Below, in pieces: positions 18,019 through 27,472 of a DNA stretch of 60,753 bases. The notes beneath the pieces are model-generated. The model saw nothing but the letters and a program-made list of their open reading frames with translations, searched no databases and was not told the origin of the DNA. The stretch comes from Candidatus Hydrogenedentota bacterium (GTDB lineage: Bacteria; Hydrogenedentota; Hydrogenedentia; Hydrogenedentales; CAITNO01), in NCBI GenBank assembly GCA_903822375.1, contig CAIJOU010000830.1, forward strand, positions 1 through 60,753, given 5' to 3'. A program made the translations under genes and the position numbers. Within the stretch, counting starts at the first letter, position 1; each line of letters opens with the position of its first letter.

Positions 18019-20472
18019 CTACGGGGCTGCCAGCCGGATGTAGTCGCTGTAGACGGCAGAGTAATTGCCAACCCGGTCAAGGAACTGCACACGTACCGTG
18101 TGGTAGCCGAGCCCGGCCGGAAGCGTGTGGGCGTAAACGGCGGCGGGTGCAACCCAGGCGGACCATGTCGAACCGTTGTCGCTGAAGCGCATGCCTGCCA
18201 CGCCGGTACCCGAGTCCGACCAGGTCAGCTTCAGCGTCACCGACTGGGTGGTTGTGGCCGACGCACCGTCGTTGATGATAATCGTGCCCGTCGGTGGCGT
18301 TGAGTCCAGCAGGATATAGTCGCTGAATACGGCCGAACGGTTGCTGCCGCTGTCGAGATACTGCACGCGCACCGTCCTGTAGCCGTCGCCGGGAAGCAGC
18401 GTGTGTGAAAACGTCGGGCTCAAAGGCAGCCAGCCGGTCCATGTTGCACCGTCATTGCTGAAGCGCATCCGTACCACGCCTGTGCCCGTGCCGCCGGCCC
18501 ACGCCAGGGAAAGCGTGACCGCGGTACTCTTCGTAAGGGGGCTGTTGCCGTTGATGACAATGGAACCCGTCATGGGGGGGGCGACACCCTTCGACACCGC
18601 CAAAGCCACCGCAGCACCGGGCGTCACTTCTCCGCCCGCCGCGGGGTTCTGGCTGATGACCAGGCCTGCCGCCACCGTTCCGCTGTACTGCAGGGTCACC
18701 GCGCCCGTGACCAGACCGGCGTTGGCAAGCGCGGTGCCCGCCGCCGTCTGTGTCATGCCCACCACATCGGGGACAATTGCGGGGATGGTGACACTAACCG
18801 TGCACGTGGCGGTTCCGCCGTGGCCGTCGTCCACGCCCACCGAGAAGGTGTCGTCTCCCACATAGTGCATGCCGGGCGTATACCCGATGGTCTTCACCGC
18901 ACCGGTGCCCGACACGTCTGCCGTGCCGTGGCTGGCGGCCGTTGTGACACTCCAGGTCAGGACGTCGCTTTCCGCATCGGTGGCATGAAGCGTCAGGCTG
19001 AACGGCGTCGGGGACCCGTCCTCCGACATGGTGACCGACACGGAACTGCCCTCGGTGATCACGGGGGCGGTGTTGTAATCCAGTATCCACGGCTCCCGTC
19101 CGTTACCCGCCGTGGTGGCGGCGAACACGAGACGCCCCCGCACTTCAACAAAACTGTCGGGGTCGGAACCGGCTGCGCTCGGACTGTCCTGATTAATGTT
19201 CAGTGTTCGGAAGGTACCGGCCGGGGTTCCGTCCGTTTGCCACAGCTCCCGTCCTTCCGACGCTGTCGTGGCGGCGAAATACAGGATGCTCCGATACGCG
19301 AAGAACGGTCCCGGCTGTGAGCCGGAAGAGCCGGAACTGATATCCTTAACCCGTGTGGTGCCGGCCGCCGTGCCGTTGGACTTCCATAACTCGTTGTCAA
19401 ATGCGCCGTCTGCCGCCGAGAAGATGAGGGACCCGTTGTAGGCGGTAAGAAATGCCGGGTTGCTGCCGTTTGGTCCCGGCAGGATATCGCCAACGAGTCC
19501 GAGATTGCCGACCGCGCCGGTGGTCGACCACAATTCCGTTCCAGTGGGCGCTCCTCCGGCATCTCCCCGGGAGGCCAGAAAGAGAGTGTTGCCCACGGGG
19601 GTCAGCCGGGACGGCAGGGCAAAGTCGCCGGGTTCGGTCAGGACATCCACCGTCTGGACATTGCCCGCCTGTCCGTTGGACACCCAAAGCTGGCTTCCGT
19701 TCACGCCGTCATCCGCCGCAAAGTAAAGATTGCCGTTGAAAGCCGTCAGACTGGACGGGGAAGACGACGCCGCGCCGACACGGATATCGGCCAGCAGAGT
19801 GGTCGCTGTCCCGTCCGACATCCAGACTTCGCGGCCGTGGGCGCCGTCATCGGCCGTAAAATAGATTTCTGACCCGAGAACGGTGAAATCGGCCGGATTG
19901 GAACTTCCGGCGCCGGGATTGATATCAACCGTGCCCAACGCTGCTCCGTCGGTGTGGCACAGCTCGATACCGTTGCCCCTGTTGGCCGCGAAGAAAAGAA
20001 GTCCGTTTGCCACAGTGAGATACTTTGGATTCGCATCGTTGCCGGGATACACACCCAGTGGGGTGAAATTCCCCGCGGTTCCCGTGGTAACCCACAGGTC
20101 CCTGCCTGCCGACCCGTCAGATGCGGAAAAGTAAAGCTTGTTGTTGTATGCCGTGAAGTTCGCGGGAAACGAACCTCCCGTGCCGGGGACGATGTCCGCA
20201 AACAGCACCGTGCCGTTCGCAGTGGTGTCACTGACCCAGACTTCTGCCCCGTTGGTCGGATCGGTTGCCTGGAAGAAAAGCTGGCCGTTAAACGCGCAAA
20301 AATCGCGGGGGTCCGAGGCCGCAGTCCCGGCGGCAATTTCCTTGAGCAGGTGGATCGGCACCACCGCATGGCCTGGAACCGCCCAAAGCACCAGTCCCGC
20401 TGTGAGGACCGCTGCGATTCCCTGCCTGAATTCGAAGGCGCGATGCCTGGCATAAGTCGGAGGCTGTGTCAT
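18019..20472 (-). CDS. Secreted ELWxxDGT-repeat protein with an Ig-like region, one PASTA domain and two C-terminal ~95-aa repeats
   Basis: About 9 repeats such as GRELWQTDGTPAGT, NELWKSNGTAAGT and GREVWMSDGTATT. PASTA domain IVPDVVGMTQTAAGTALANAGL..VISQNPAAG. Duplicated module ..MRFSNDGATW..GYRTVRVQYLDSGSNRS. Start trimmed to MTQPPTY (20472). Confidence 0.85.
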   Translation of the reverse strand: MTQPPTYARHRAFEFRQGIAAVLTAGLVLWAVPGHAVVPIHLLKEIAAGTAASDPRDFCAFNGQLFFQATDPTNGAEVWVSDTTANGTVLFADIVPGTGGSFPANFTAYNNKLYFSASDGSAGRDLWVTTGTAGNFTPLGVYPGNDANPKYLTVANGLLFFAANRGNGIELCHTDGAALGTVDINPGAGSSNPADFTVLGSEIYFTADDGAHGREVWMSDGTATTLLADIRVGAASSSPSSLTAFNGNLYFAADDGVNGSQLWVSNGQAGNVQTVDVLTEPGDFALPSRLTPVGNTLFLASRGDAGGAPTGTELWSTTGAVGNLGLVGDILPGPNGSNPAFLTAYNGSLIFSAADGAFDNELWKSNGTAAGTTRVKDISSGSSGSQPGPFFAYRSILYFAATTASEGRELWQTDGTPAGTFRTLNINQDSPSAAGSDPDSFVEVRGRLVFAATTAGNGREPWILDYNTAPVITEGSSVSVTMSEDGSPTPFSLTLHATDAESDVLTWSVTTAASHGTADVSGTGAVKTIGYTPGMHYVGDDTFSVGVDDGHGGTATCTVSVTIPAIVPDVVGMTQTAAGTALANAGLVTGAVTLQYSGTVAAGLVISQNPAAGGEVTPGAAVALAVSKGVAPPMTGSIVINGNSPLTKSTAVTLSLAWAGGTGTGVVRMRFSNDGATWTGWLPLSPTFSHTLLPGDGYRTVRVQYLDSGSNRSAVFSDYILLDSTPPTGTIIINDGASATTTQSVTLKLTWSDSGTGVAGMRFSDNGSTWSAWVAPAAVYAHTLPAGLGYHTVRVQFLDRVGNYSAVYSDYIRLAAP

Positions 20473-20494
20473 AGAAGCCACTCCACGGGTTGTG

Positions 20495-21013
20495 TTACGA
20501 ACGCGCCGGAAAGATCCCCTGCAGCGCAATGATGAACCTGACCGTCAGATACGGCATGAGATTGTTGTGCGGTTGCTCCCCTCCGGCGGGCGTAACCGCA
20601 GACGACGATAGGGGCGTGTCCGCGGGACCTGACGCATATAGGGACGCGGCCCCCGAATTCGCCAGAGCGTTTCCGGACGGGCTTGCGGTGTTGGCCACGG
20701 TCGAGGACGCGTGAAGCGTGTGGGTGTGCGGGGGGGCCTGGGCCGGAGAAATGGTTACTGACTCGGCACCGGCGCTTTCCCCGAGGCTGCGCGGGGTCAG
20801 GCCGGGGCCGTCGCCCGCATGCATGGGTGCGCGGCTTCTCAGGTCGGGCAGCGCAAAGTTGCTGGTTCCATTGCCGCCGTAGGTGGTGCCGAGGAGGCTG
20901 AACAGGGCCGTGTTCTGCGAGATGGAAAGCAGTCGCCCATCGCAGAACGCCCACCCGGTCGGCTCAAAATTGCCTGCAAAAGGTCTTATTTCGGCAACAA
21001 AAGGTTCACTCAT
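20495..21013 (-). CDS. Phage tail collar domain protein (MdpB-like), paralog C
   Basis: MSEPFVAEIRPFAGNFEPTGWAFCDGRLLSISQNTALFSLLGTTYGGNG..FALPDLR is the canonical collar-domain N-terminus. Confidence 0.85.
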   Translation of the reverse strand: MSEPFVAEIRPFAGNFEPTGWAFCDGRLLSISQNTALFSLLGTTYGGNGTSNFALPDLRSRAPMHAGDGPGLTPRSLGESAGAESVTISPAQAPPHTHTLHASSTVANTASPSGNALANSGAASLYASGPADTPLSSSAVTPAGGEQPHNNLMPYLTVRFIIALQGIFPARS

Positions 21014-21040
21014 ATCCCAGTCTCCTTCGTCCGCGCCGTG

Positions 21041-21556
21041 CTAGTTCTGGCTTGGAAAAATGCCCTGAAGGGCAATCACGTAGTTCAAAGTAAGAAAAGG
21101 CTGCCTGTTCTCGTGTGCCTGCGAGCCTGGACTCCCGCCCGTCATGCTGGCGGCGTTAAGGACGGTGTCGGGGCCGGCCGTGCTGTAGGCCTCAGTCCCA
21201 ACGGCCGGCAGCGCCCCGTTCGGCACCGCGGTGTTTCCGTCGACGCGGGTGCCGTTAAGCACGTGGCTGTGGCTGACCCATTCATCCAGCGTCAGCGTGT
21301 GTGCCTCCTCGCCGCCCGATTGTCCCAGCGTGTAACTGTTCAGCCCGGGTCCCTGGCCGGCATCGACCGGAACACGGCCCTGAAGATTGGGTAATGCGAA
21401 CGTGGTTTGACCGTTGCCGCCGTACGTGGTTCCCAGTATGGCAAACAGGGCCTGATTCTGGTTGATGGGGAGCAACTGTCCGTTGCACAACGCCCATCCC
21501 TTGGGCGGGAACGCGAATGACATCAGCCTGATTTCACCCAAAAACGGCTCGGACAT
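21041..21556 (-). CDS. Phage tail collar domain protein, paralog B
   Basis: MSEPFLGEIRLMSFAFPPKGWALCNGQLLPINQNQALFAILGTTYGGNGQTTFALPNLQGR. Confidence 0.85.
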   Translation of the reverse strand: MSEPFLGEIRLMSFAFPPKGWALCNGQLLPINQNQALFAILGTTYGGNGQTTFALPNLQGRVPVDAGQGPGLNSYTLGQSGGEEAHTLTLDEWVSHSHVLNGTRVDGNTAVPNGALPAVGTEAYSTAGPDTVLNAASMTGGSPGSQAHENRQPFLTLNYVIALQGIFPSQN

Positions 21557-21589
21557 GTGTGAACCTCCTTGACTCGCGTTGGAGCCTCG

Positions 21590-22099
21590 TCAAGATTGCG
21601 AAGGGAAAATCCCATAAAGCGAAATGATGAAATTTACGCACAGGAACGGCTGCAGGTTGTCATGAGCCTGCTGGGCGGGAGCGCCGGCACTGCCCACCGC
21701 GGCCGCAGCCAAATTCACGTCAGGAGCCCCGGTGGAATAGACCTGCGCGGTGCCTGAACCCGCCGGCACGGCGCCTTCCGGCGTGCGGGCGCGGCCCGTA
21801 CCCGAAGCGGCCATGACCGCGTGCGTGTGGCTGGGGATGTGGGACGGCGTCAACATCACCTGCTCCACCCCCCCGCTCTCCCCCTGCACATAACCAGAAC
21901 CCTGGTGGATGGGCAGGCGGCCCCGAAGGTCGGGAAGGGCAAAGGTGTTCTGGCCGTCCCCGCCGTAGGTGGTGCCTATCAACTGGAACAGGGTGTCGTT
22001 TTCCGATATGGACAACAGTTGCCCACTGCAAAACGCCCAGCCCAAGGGGGCAAAATTGCCTCCAAACATCCGTATTTCACCAACGTAGGGATTGCTCAT
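21590..22099 (-). CDS. Phage tail collar domain protein, paralog A
   Basis: MSNPYVGEIRMFGGNFAPLGWAFCSGQLLSISENDTLFQLIGTTYGGDGQNTFALPDLRGR. Confidence 0.85.
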   Translation of the reverse strand: MSNPYVGEIRMFGGNFAPLGWAFCSGQLLSISENDTLFQLIGTTYGGDGQNTFALPDLRGRLPIHQGSGYVQGESGGVEQVMLTPSHIPSHTHAVMAASGTGRARTPEGAVPAGSGTAQVYSTGAPDVNLAAAAVGSAGAPAQQAHDNLQPFLCVNFIISLYGIFPSQS

Positions 22100-22130
22100 T
22101 GTTGCAGCTCCTTTGGTTCAGCCGCGCCGC

Positions 22131-22871
22131 TCATGCGCGCAATTCCGCGCTGTCGTTCGAATAGTCAACCGTCATTGCCAGGCAGGGAAAATCGGCGGCC
22201 GTCGGAGCGCCGTCCGACCCGGTGGGCCGGACAAGCCGTGGACGGGCGTTGTCCCCCAGGCTCCATGCAAGGCCGCGCCATGCAGACGCATCGTACGGCG
22301 CCAGCGCGTAGAGCCCCCGCAGGAGCTTGGGCAACCCGGATTCGGCTCCAACGGTAAAGCGGCACAGGTTACGCCGCCTCACCCCCGCTCCGTCTTCAGT
22401 TTCCAGGACCAGGGTCAGGCCCGAATCGCGTCCAACGGGCACCACAAACGAGTTGCCGGGGCTGACGTGCGCCACCGGACCTTTCGCAAAGCGCCACGCG
22501 TGAACCAGAATCGATTGCGCGCCGTCGCTTCCGGGATAGACCACATCAACTGAAAGCGACTTCATGCCGCCCGAAACAAGCGTTGATTCCAAACCCTCCA
22601 GACCGAGAATCGTCAACCGGGCGCCCAATCGGACGAACTCGGAATCACCTGCCGACAAGGAGCCGGCCTCGATAATGCTCGAGGCGGCCGCCAGCACGGG
22701 AGCACCGTATCCGACGGAAGTCATCACCTCGGCCTGCGCATTTTCCGCAGCGAGTGCTGGCAACGTGGGCGACGCGAACGTCTTACTCCCCAACGCACCC
22801 ACGGCAAACATCGAACCCCACGCCAGGAATGCGCGCCGCGGCATTTGGATAATCTGTACGGGTTCCTGCAT
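22131..22871 (-). CDS. Hypothetical Tat-signal protein, first gene of the tail-collar operon
   Basis: MPRRAFLAWGSMFAVGALGS twin-arginine-like signal. No recognisable domain. 31-nt gap to the next gene. The start could be 22916, 22871 or 22844. Confidence 0.6.
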   Translation of the reverse strand: MQEPVQIIQMPRRAFLAWGSMFAVGALGSKTFASPTLPALAAENAQAEVMTSVGYGAPVLAAASSIIEAGSLSAGDSEFVRLGARLTILGLEGLESTLVSGGMKSLSVDVVYPGSDGAQSILVHAWRFAKGPVAHVSPGNSFVVPVGRDSGLTLVLETEDGAGVRRRNLCRFTVGAESGLPKLLRGLYALAPYDASAWRGLAWSLGDNARPRLVRPTGSDGAPTAADFPCLAMTVDYSNDSAELRA

Positions 22872-23084
22872 CAGGTCTTCTCCTTCTCGCCTTGTATAGG
22901 AAGACTTAAGATCCAAATTGGTAAAGAAACCCGGGGCTTTCAGGAATTATTCCTTATAGGGTTCACAAGAGACCCCTTACGGGAAATGGCCTTGCCTGAG
23001 ACCAGCGCGGGAACTGTATACTGATGCCGGAATTCGACGCAGAATCTGAATTGCAGGAGGAGCACGCGTGTGGAAACAATCTCG

Positions 23085-23564
23085 ATGAATCCCGGCAACC
23101 TTGTGCTTCGTCCCTGTGATGACCGCGACAAGGACTTTCTGTTTGCCTTGTTTGTGAGCGTGAGAATGGACGAGTTTTCCGCCCTGAACTGGTCTCCAGC
23201 ACAGCTTGAACCGTTGTTGCGCGTTCAGTTCGCCGCCCAGTCCCAATCGTATGCCTCGGCGTTCCCGCAGGCCGCGCACGAAATCATCTGCCTCGGGCAG
23301 GAACCCGTGGGGCGCATGATCATGGACGACTCGGCGGAGGCGATGCACCTCGTGGATATCGCTTTGATTCCCGCATGCCGTGGCCGGGGGCTTGGCACCA
23401 CACTGATCCGGAAACTGCAGGCACAGTGTACCGTCCTCCGAAAGCCCCTGAGATTGCACGTGGCGGGAAGCAATCGCGCAATTAACTTGTACGAACGGCT
23501 CGGATTCGTTGCCGCCGCCGACACGGAGATGTACCGTTTCATGGAGTGGAATCCGGCGCAATGA
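23085..23564 (+). CDS. GNAT-family N-acetyltransferase
   Basis: Acetyl-CoA motif A (IPACRGRGLGTTLIRKL) followed by NRAINLYERLGF. An alternative GTG start lies at 23070. Confidence 0.8.
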   Translation: MNPGNLVLRPCDDRDKDFLFALFVSVRMDEFSALNWSPAQLEPLLRVQFAAQSQSYASAFPQAAHEIICLGQEPVGRMIMDDSAEAMHLVDIALIPACRGRGLGTTLIRKLQAQCTVLRKPLRLHVAGSNRAINLYERLGFVAAADTEMYRFMEWNPAQ

Positions 23565-23838
23565 GCGTCCACACCGCCGGACGTCGGGCCCTTTGGATTC
23601 GCATGTAACCGGCCGCGCCGCACGCTCAACCCGCACGGCCTCCCATTCCGTTTTCCTGCCGGCCTTGCCGTCCTGTTCGGCCACAGTTCGCTTCGCTGCG
23701 CTTTATCTTCTTGACTCCGGTCCGATTCCAACTCATACTGATTGCCGGCATACAGGCGGCGTGCCTCAGTCAAACGTTGGCGGTAACGGAACTTGCAATA
23801 CTGTGCAACAGGGTGCGCCACAGAGGAGTGTGTGTGTG

Positions 23839-26800
23839 ATGAAGAGGCTGACATGGGTGCTGGGAATTGGGCTGCTGGCAGCCGCGGGGTGTCAGCTGGT
23901 CTCCATTTCCGTCCCCGACGTGGTGGGCTTGGTGCAGTCTGCGACAGTGTCGGCCATCACCAATGCCGGGCTCACGGTGGGCACGGTGACGGAAGAGTAC
24001 AGCGCCACCGTTCCGCCGGGCAAAGTCATCCGCCAGAGCCCGCCTGCAGGGAACAGCGTGTTGGCGGGTTCCGTAGTTAACCTTGTTTTGTCCAAGGGTC
24101 CACAGTCGGTGACCGTTCCGGACGTGGTGGGCCTGTCCGGAACGGATGCCTATTTGGCACTGTCCAACGCGGGACTCGCGCTGGACGCGGTGGCTGAGGA
24201 GTACAGCGACACCGTTCCTGCGGGCAGGGTCATCAGCCAAAACCCACCCGCAGGAAACAGCGTGTCGCCGGGCTCCACGGTGGACTTGGTCGTGTCCAAG
24301 GGGCCACAGTTCGTAACCGTGCCAAACGTGGTGGGCCTGTCTGGAACGGATGCGTTCACGGCATTGTCCAATGCGGGGCTCTCGGTGGGCACCGTGGCCG
24401 AGGAGTACAGTGCGACTGTTCCGGCGGGAAAGGTCATCAGCCAGAACCCGATTGCAGGGAACAACGTATCGCCGAGTTCGGCGGTTGATCTTGTTTTGTC
24501 CAGGGGTGGCACACAGCCGGGAACCGTGCCGAACGTGGTGGGAATGACCCAAGCAGCGGCCGCTGCGGCAATAACCAGCTCGGGACTTACGGTGGGCACC
24601 GTGGCTGAGATGCCCAGCGCCACGGTCCCTGCGGGCAACGTCATCAGTCAGTCCCCGCTTGCGGGCAACAACGCATCGCCGGGCTCCGCAGTTGACCTTG
24701 TTTTGTCCAAGGGACCACAGCCGGTGACTGTGCCAAACGTGGTGGGCCTGTCCGGAACGGATGCCTTCACGGCATTAACCAATGCCGGACTCGCGGTGGG
24801 CACCGTGGCTGAAGTCTATAGCGACGCAGTTCCTGCGGGCAGGGTGATCAGCCAAAACCCGCTTGCAGGGAACAGCGTATCGCCGGGCTCTGCGGTGAAC
24901 TTGGTCGTGTCCAAGGGGCCACAGTCGGTGACCGCGCCGGATGTGGTGGGCCTGTCCGGAACGGATGCGTTCACGGCATTGTCCAATGCAGGGCTCACGG
25001 TGGGTACCGTGACGGAAGCGTACAGCGCCACGGTCCCCGCGGGAAAGGTCATCAGCCAGAACCCGCCTGCAGGTAACCATGTATCACCGGGCTCCGCGGT
25101 CAATCTTGTTGTGTCCAGAGGCACACAGCCGGGAACCGTGCCAAACGTGGTGGGAATGACGCAGGCGCAGGCCGCTGCGGCGATAACCGGCGCGGGACTC
25201 ACGGTGGGAACCGTTGCTGAACAGACCAGCACCACCGTCCCCGCGGGCCGCATCATCAGCCAAGACCCGCCTGCGGGCAACAGTGTGCCGCCGGGCTCCG
25301 CGGTGGACTTGATCGTGTCCAAGGCGGCGCAGATAGTGACCGTTCCGGATGTGGTGGGTCTGTCCGGAACGGACGCCTTTACTGCGTTATCCAATGCAGG
25401 ACTCTCGTTGGGAACCGTGGCTGAAGCGTACAGTGCCGCAGTTCCTGCGGGCAGCGTCTTCAGCCAGTCCCCGCTTGCAGGGAACAGCGTGCCGCCGGGC
25501 ACCGCAGTGAACCTTGTCGTGTCCAGGGGGCCACAGCCCGTGACCGTGCCGGGCGTGGTGGGCATGACACAGGCAACCGCCGAAACCACACTCCTCGGCG
25601 CGGGACTGACGGTGGGCGTGGTGAGCGGGCACTACAGCGCCACGGTCCCGGTTGGCGGCATCATCAGCCAGTCCCCGCCCGCGGGTGACAGCGCATCGCC
25701 GGGCTCCGCGGTGGACTTGGTCGTGTCCACTGGAGCGCAGATAGCGGCCGTCCCGGACCTGGTGGGCCTGTCCCGAGAGGATGCGCTTGCGGCATTATCC
25801 GATGCGGGACTCGCGGGGGGCACGGTGACGGAAGCTTTCAGCGCAGGGGTTCCCGCGGGCAATGTCATCAGCCAGTCCCCGCTCGCGGGTGACAGTGTGC
25901 CGCCGGGCACCACGGTGGACTTGGTCGTGTCCAAGGGCCCGCAGCCGGTAATCGTGCCAAACGTGGTGGGCCTGTCCGGAACGAATGCCTTTACGGCGGT
26001 TTCCGGCGCGGGACTCACCGTGGGCACGGTGACCGAAGTGCCCAGTGCCACCGTCCCCGCCGGCAGCGTCATCAGCCAGTCCCCGCTTGCCGGTGACAGC
26101 GTGCCGCCGGGCACCGCGGTGGACTTGGTCATGTCCAAGGGAGTGCAGATAGTGACCGTTCCGGACGTGGTGGGCATGTCCGGAACGGATGCCTTTACGG
26201 CGCTCTCCAATGCGGGGCTCGCATTGGGCACGGTAACTGAAGCGTACAGTTCCACCGTTCCGGCGGGCAGGGTCATCAGCCAAAGCCCGCTTGCAGGGAA
26301 CAGCGTATCGCCAAGCACCGCCGTCAATCTGGTCACGTCCCTCGGACCCAGGCCCGTGCCCGTGCCGAACGTGGTGGGCATGACACAGGCAGACGCCGAA
26401 ACCGCAATCCTCGGTGCGGGACTGGCGGTGGGCGTGGTGAGCGGGCACTACAGCGCCACGGTCCCGGTTGGCGGCATCATCAGCCAGTCCCCGCCTGCGG
26501 GCGAAAGCGCGCTGCCGGGCTCCGCGGTGGACTTGGTCGTGTCCAGCGGAACGCAGGTGGTAACCGTTCCAAACCTGGTGGGCCTGTCCCGAAGCGATGC
26601 GTTTACGGCGTTAACCGGCGCAGGACTCGCGATGGGCACGGTGGCTGAAGCGTACAGCGCCACGGTCCCCGCAGGCAGTGTCATCAGCCAGTCCCCGCTC
26701 GCGGGGGACAGCGTGCCGCCGGATTCCGCGGTGGACTTGGTCATGTCCAGGGGGCCGCAACCCGTGACCGTGCCAAACGTGGTGGGCCTGTCCGGAACGG

Positions 26801-27375
26801 ATGCCTTCACGGCGTTATCCGGCGCGGATCTCAAGGTGGGCACCGTGACTGAGCTGCCCAGCGCCACGGTCCCCGCGGGCAACCTCATCAGCCAGTCCCC
26901 GCTCGCGGGGGACAGCGTGCCGCCGGGCACCGCGGTGGATTTGGTCGTGTCCAAGGGAGTGCAGATAGTGACCGTCCCGGACGTGGGGGGCCTGTCCGGA
27001 ACGGATGCCTTCACGGCATTGTCCAATGCCGGACTTGGATTGGGCACGGTGACGGAGGCGTTCAGCGCCACCATCGCTTTGGGCAGGGTCATCAGCCAGT
27101 CCCCGCTCGCGGGAGACAGCGTGCCGCCTGCCACGGTGGTAAATCTTGTCGTGTCCAAAGGGCCGCAACCCGTGACCGTGCCGGACGTGGCGGGCATGGC
27201 ACAGGCAGACGCCGAAACCGCACTCCTCGGCGCGGGACTGACGGTGGGCGTGGTGAGCGGGCAGTCCAGCGGCACGGTTCCGGTTGGCAGCATCATCAGC
27301 CAAAACCCGTCGGCGGGCGAAAGCGTGGCACCGGGCACCGCGGTGGATTTGGTTGTTTCGGTGCCGGAGAAGTAA
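23839..27375 (+). CDS. Lipoprotein built of 17 tandem PASTA domains
   Basis: MKRLTWVLGIGLLAAAGC lipobox, then 17 units of ~68 aa, each of the form VP(D/N)VVG(L/M)..A...L..AGL.VG.V.E..S..VP.G.VISQ.P.AG..V..G..V.LV.S.G. Start trimmed from 23509. Confidence 0.85.
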   Translation: MKRLTWVLGIGLLAAAGCQLVSISVPDVVGLVQSATVSAITNAGLTVGTVTEEYSATVPPGKVIRQSPPAGNSVLAGSVVNLVLSKGPQSVTVPDVVGLSGTDAYLALSNAGLALDAVAEEYSDTVPAGRVISQNPPAGNSVSPGSTVDLVVSKGPQFVTVPNVVGLSGTDAFTALSNAGLSVGTVAEEYSATVPAGKVISQNPIAGNNVSPSSAVDLVLSRGGTQPGTVPNVVGMTQAAAAAAITSSGLTVGTVAEMPSATVPAGNVISQSPLAGNNASPGSAVDLVLSKGPQPVTVPNVVGLSGTDAFTALTNAGLAVGTVAEVYSDAVPAGRVISQNPLAGNSVSPGSAVNLVVSKGPQSVTAPDVVGLSGTDAFTALSNAGLTVGTVTEAYSATVPAGKVISQNPPAGNHVSPGSAVNLVVSRGTQPGTVPNVVGMTQAQAAAAITGAGLTVGTVAEQTSTTVPAGRIISQDPPAGNSVPPGSAVDLIVSKAAQIVTVPDVVGLSGTDAFTALSNAGLSLGTVAEAYSAAVPAGSVFSQSPLAGNSVPPGTAVNLVVSRGPQPVTVPGVVGMTQATAETTLLGAGLTVGVVSGHYSATVPVGGIISQSPPAGDSASPGSAVDLVVSTGAQIAAVPDLVGLSREDALAALSDAGLAGGTVTEAFSAGVPAGNVISQSPLAGDSVPPGTTVDLVVSKGPQPVIVPNVVGLSGTNAFTAVSGAGLTVGTVTEVPSATVPAGSVISQSPLAGDSVPPGTAVDLVMSKGVQIVTVPDVVGMSGTDAFTALSNAGLALGTVTEAYSSTVPAGRVISQSPLAGNSVSPSTAVNLVTSLGPRPVPVPNVVGMTQADAETAILGAGLAVGVVSGHYSATVPVGGIISQSPPAGESALPGSAVDLVVSSGTQVVTVPNLVGLSRSDAFTALTGAGLAMGTVAEAYSATVPAGSVISQSPLAGDSVPPDSAVDLVMSRGPQPVTVPNVVGLSGTDAFTALSGADLKVGTVTELPSATVPAGNLISQSPLAGDSVPPGTAVDLVVSKGVQIVTVPDVGGLSGTDAFTALSNAGLGLGTVTEAFSATIALGRVISQSPLAGDSVPPATVVNLVVSKGPQPVTVPDVAGMAQADAETALLGAGLTVGVVSGQSSGTVPVGSIISQNPSAGESVAPGTAVDLVVSVPEK
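25543..27372 (+). repeat. 816-bp (4-PASTA) higher-order tandem repeat inside the PASTA gene
   Basis: Copies at 25543-26358 and 26359-27174, plus a partial copy at 27175-27372. GTGAGCGGGC recurs at 25621, 26437 and 27253. In the first two copies the identical run extends as GTGAGCGGGCACTACAGCGCCACGGTCCCGGTTGGCGGCATCATCAGCCAGTCCCCGCC; the third diverges right after the 10-mer. The offset is exactly 816. Confidence 0.8.
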
Positions 27376-27472
27376 GTGACGGTGATGCTGGCGGGAAACG
27401 CGCTTGGCGATGGAGTGAATACCGGGCAGGACCTTCACCAGGGGAAACCCGGGCACCAAGCGTTTACGGAAA

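Noticed and set aside
20495-22099. Tail-collar genes as evidence of a prophage
   Set aside because: There are no capsid, portal, terminase, tail tube/sheath, baseplate, lysis or integrase genes, and no att-like repeats, within 10 kb on either side. They are treated as domesticated surface-protein genes instead.
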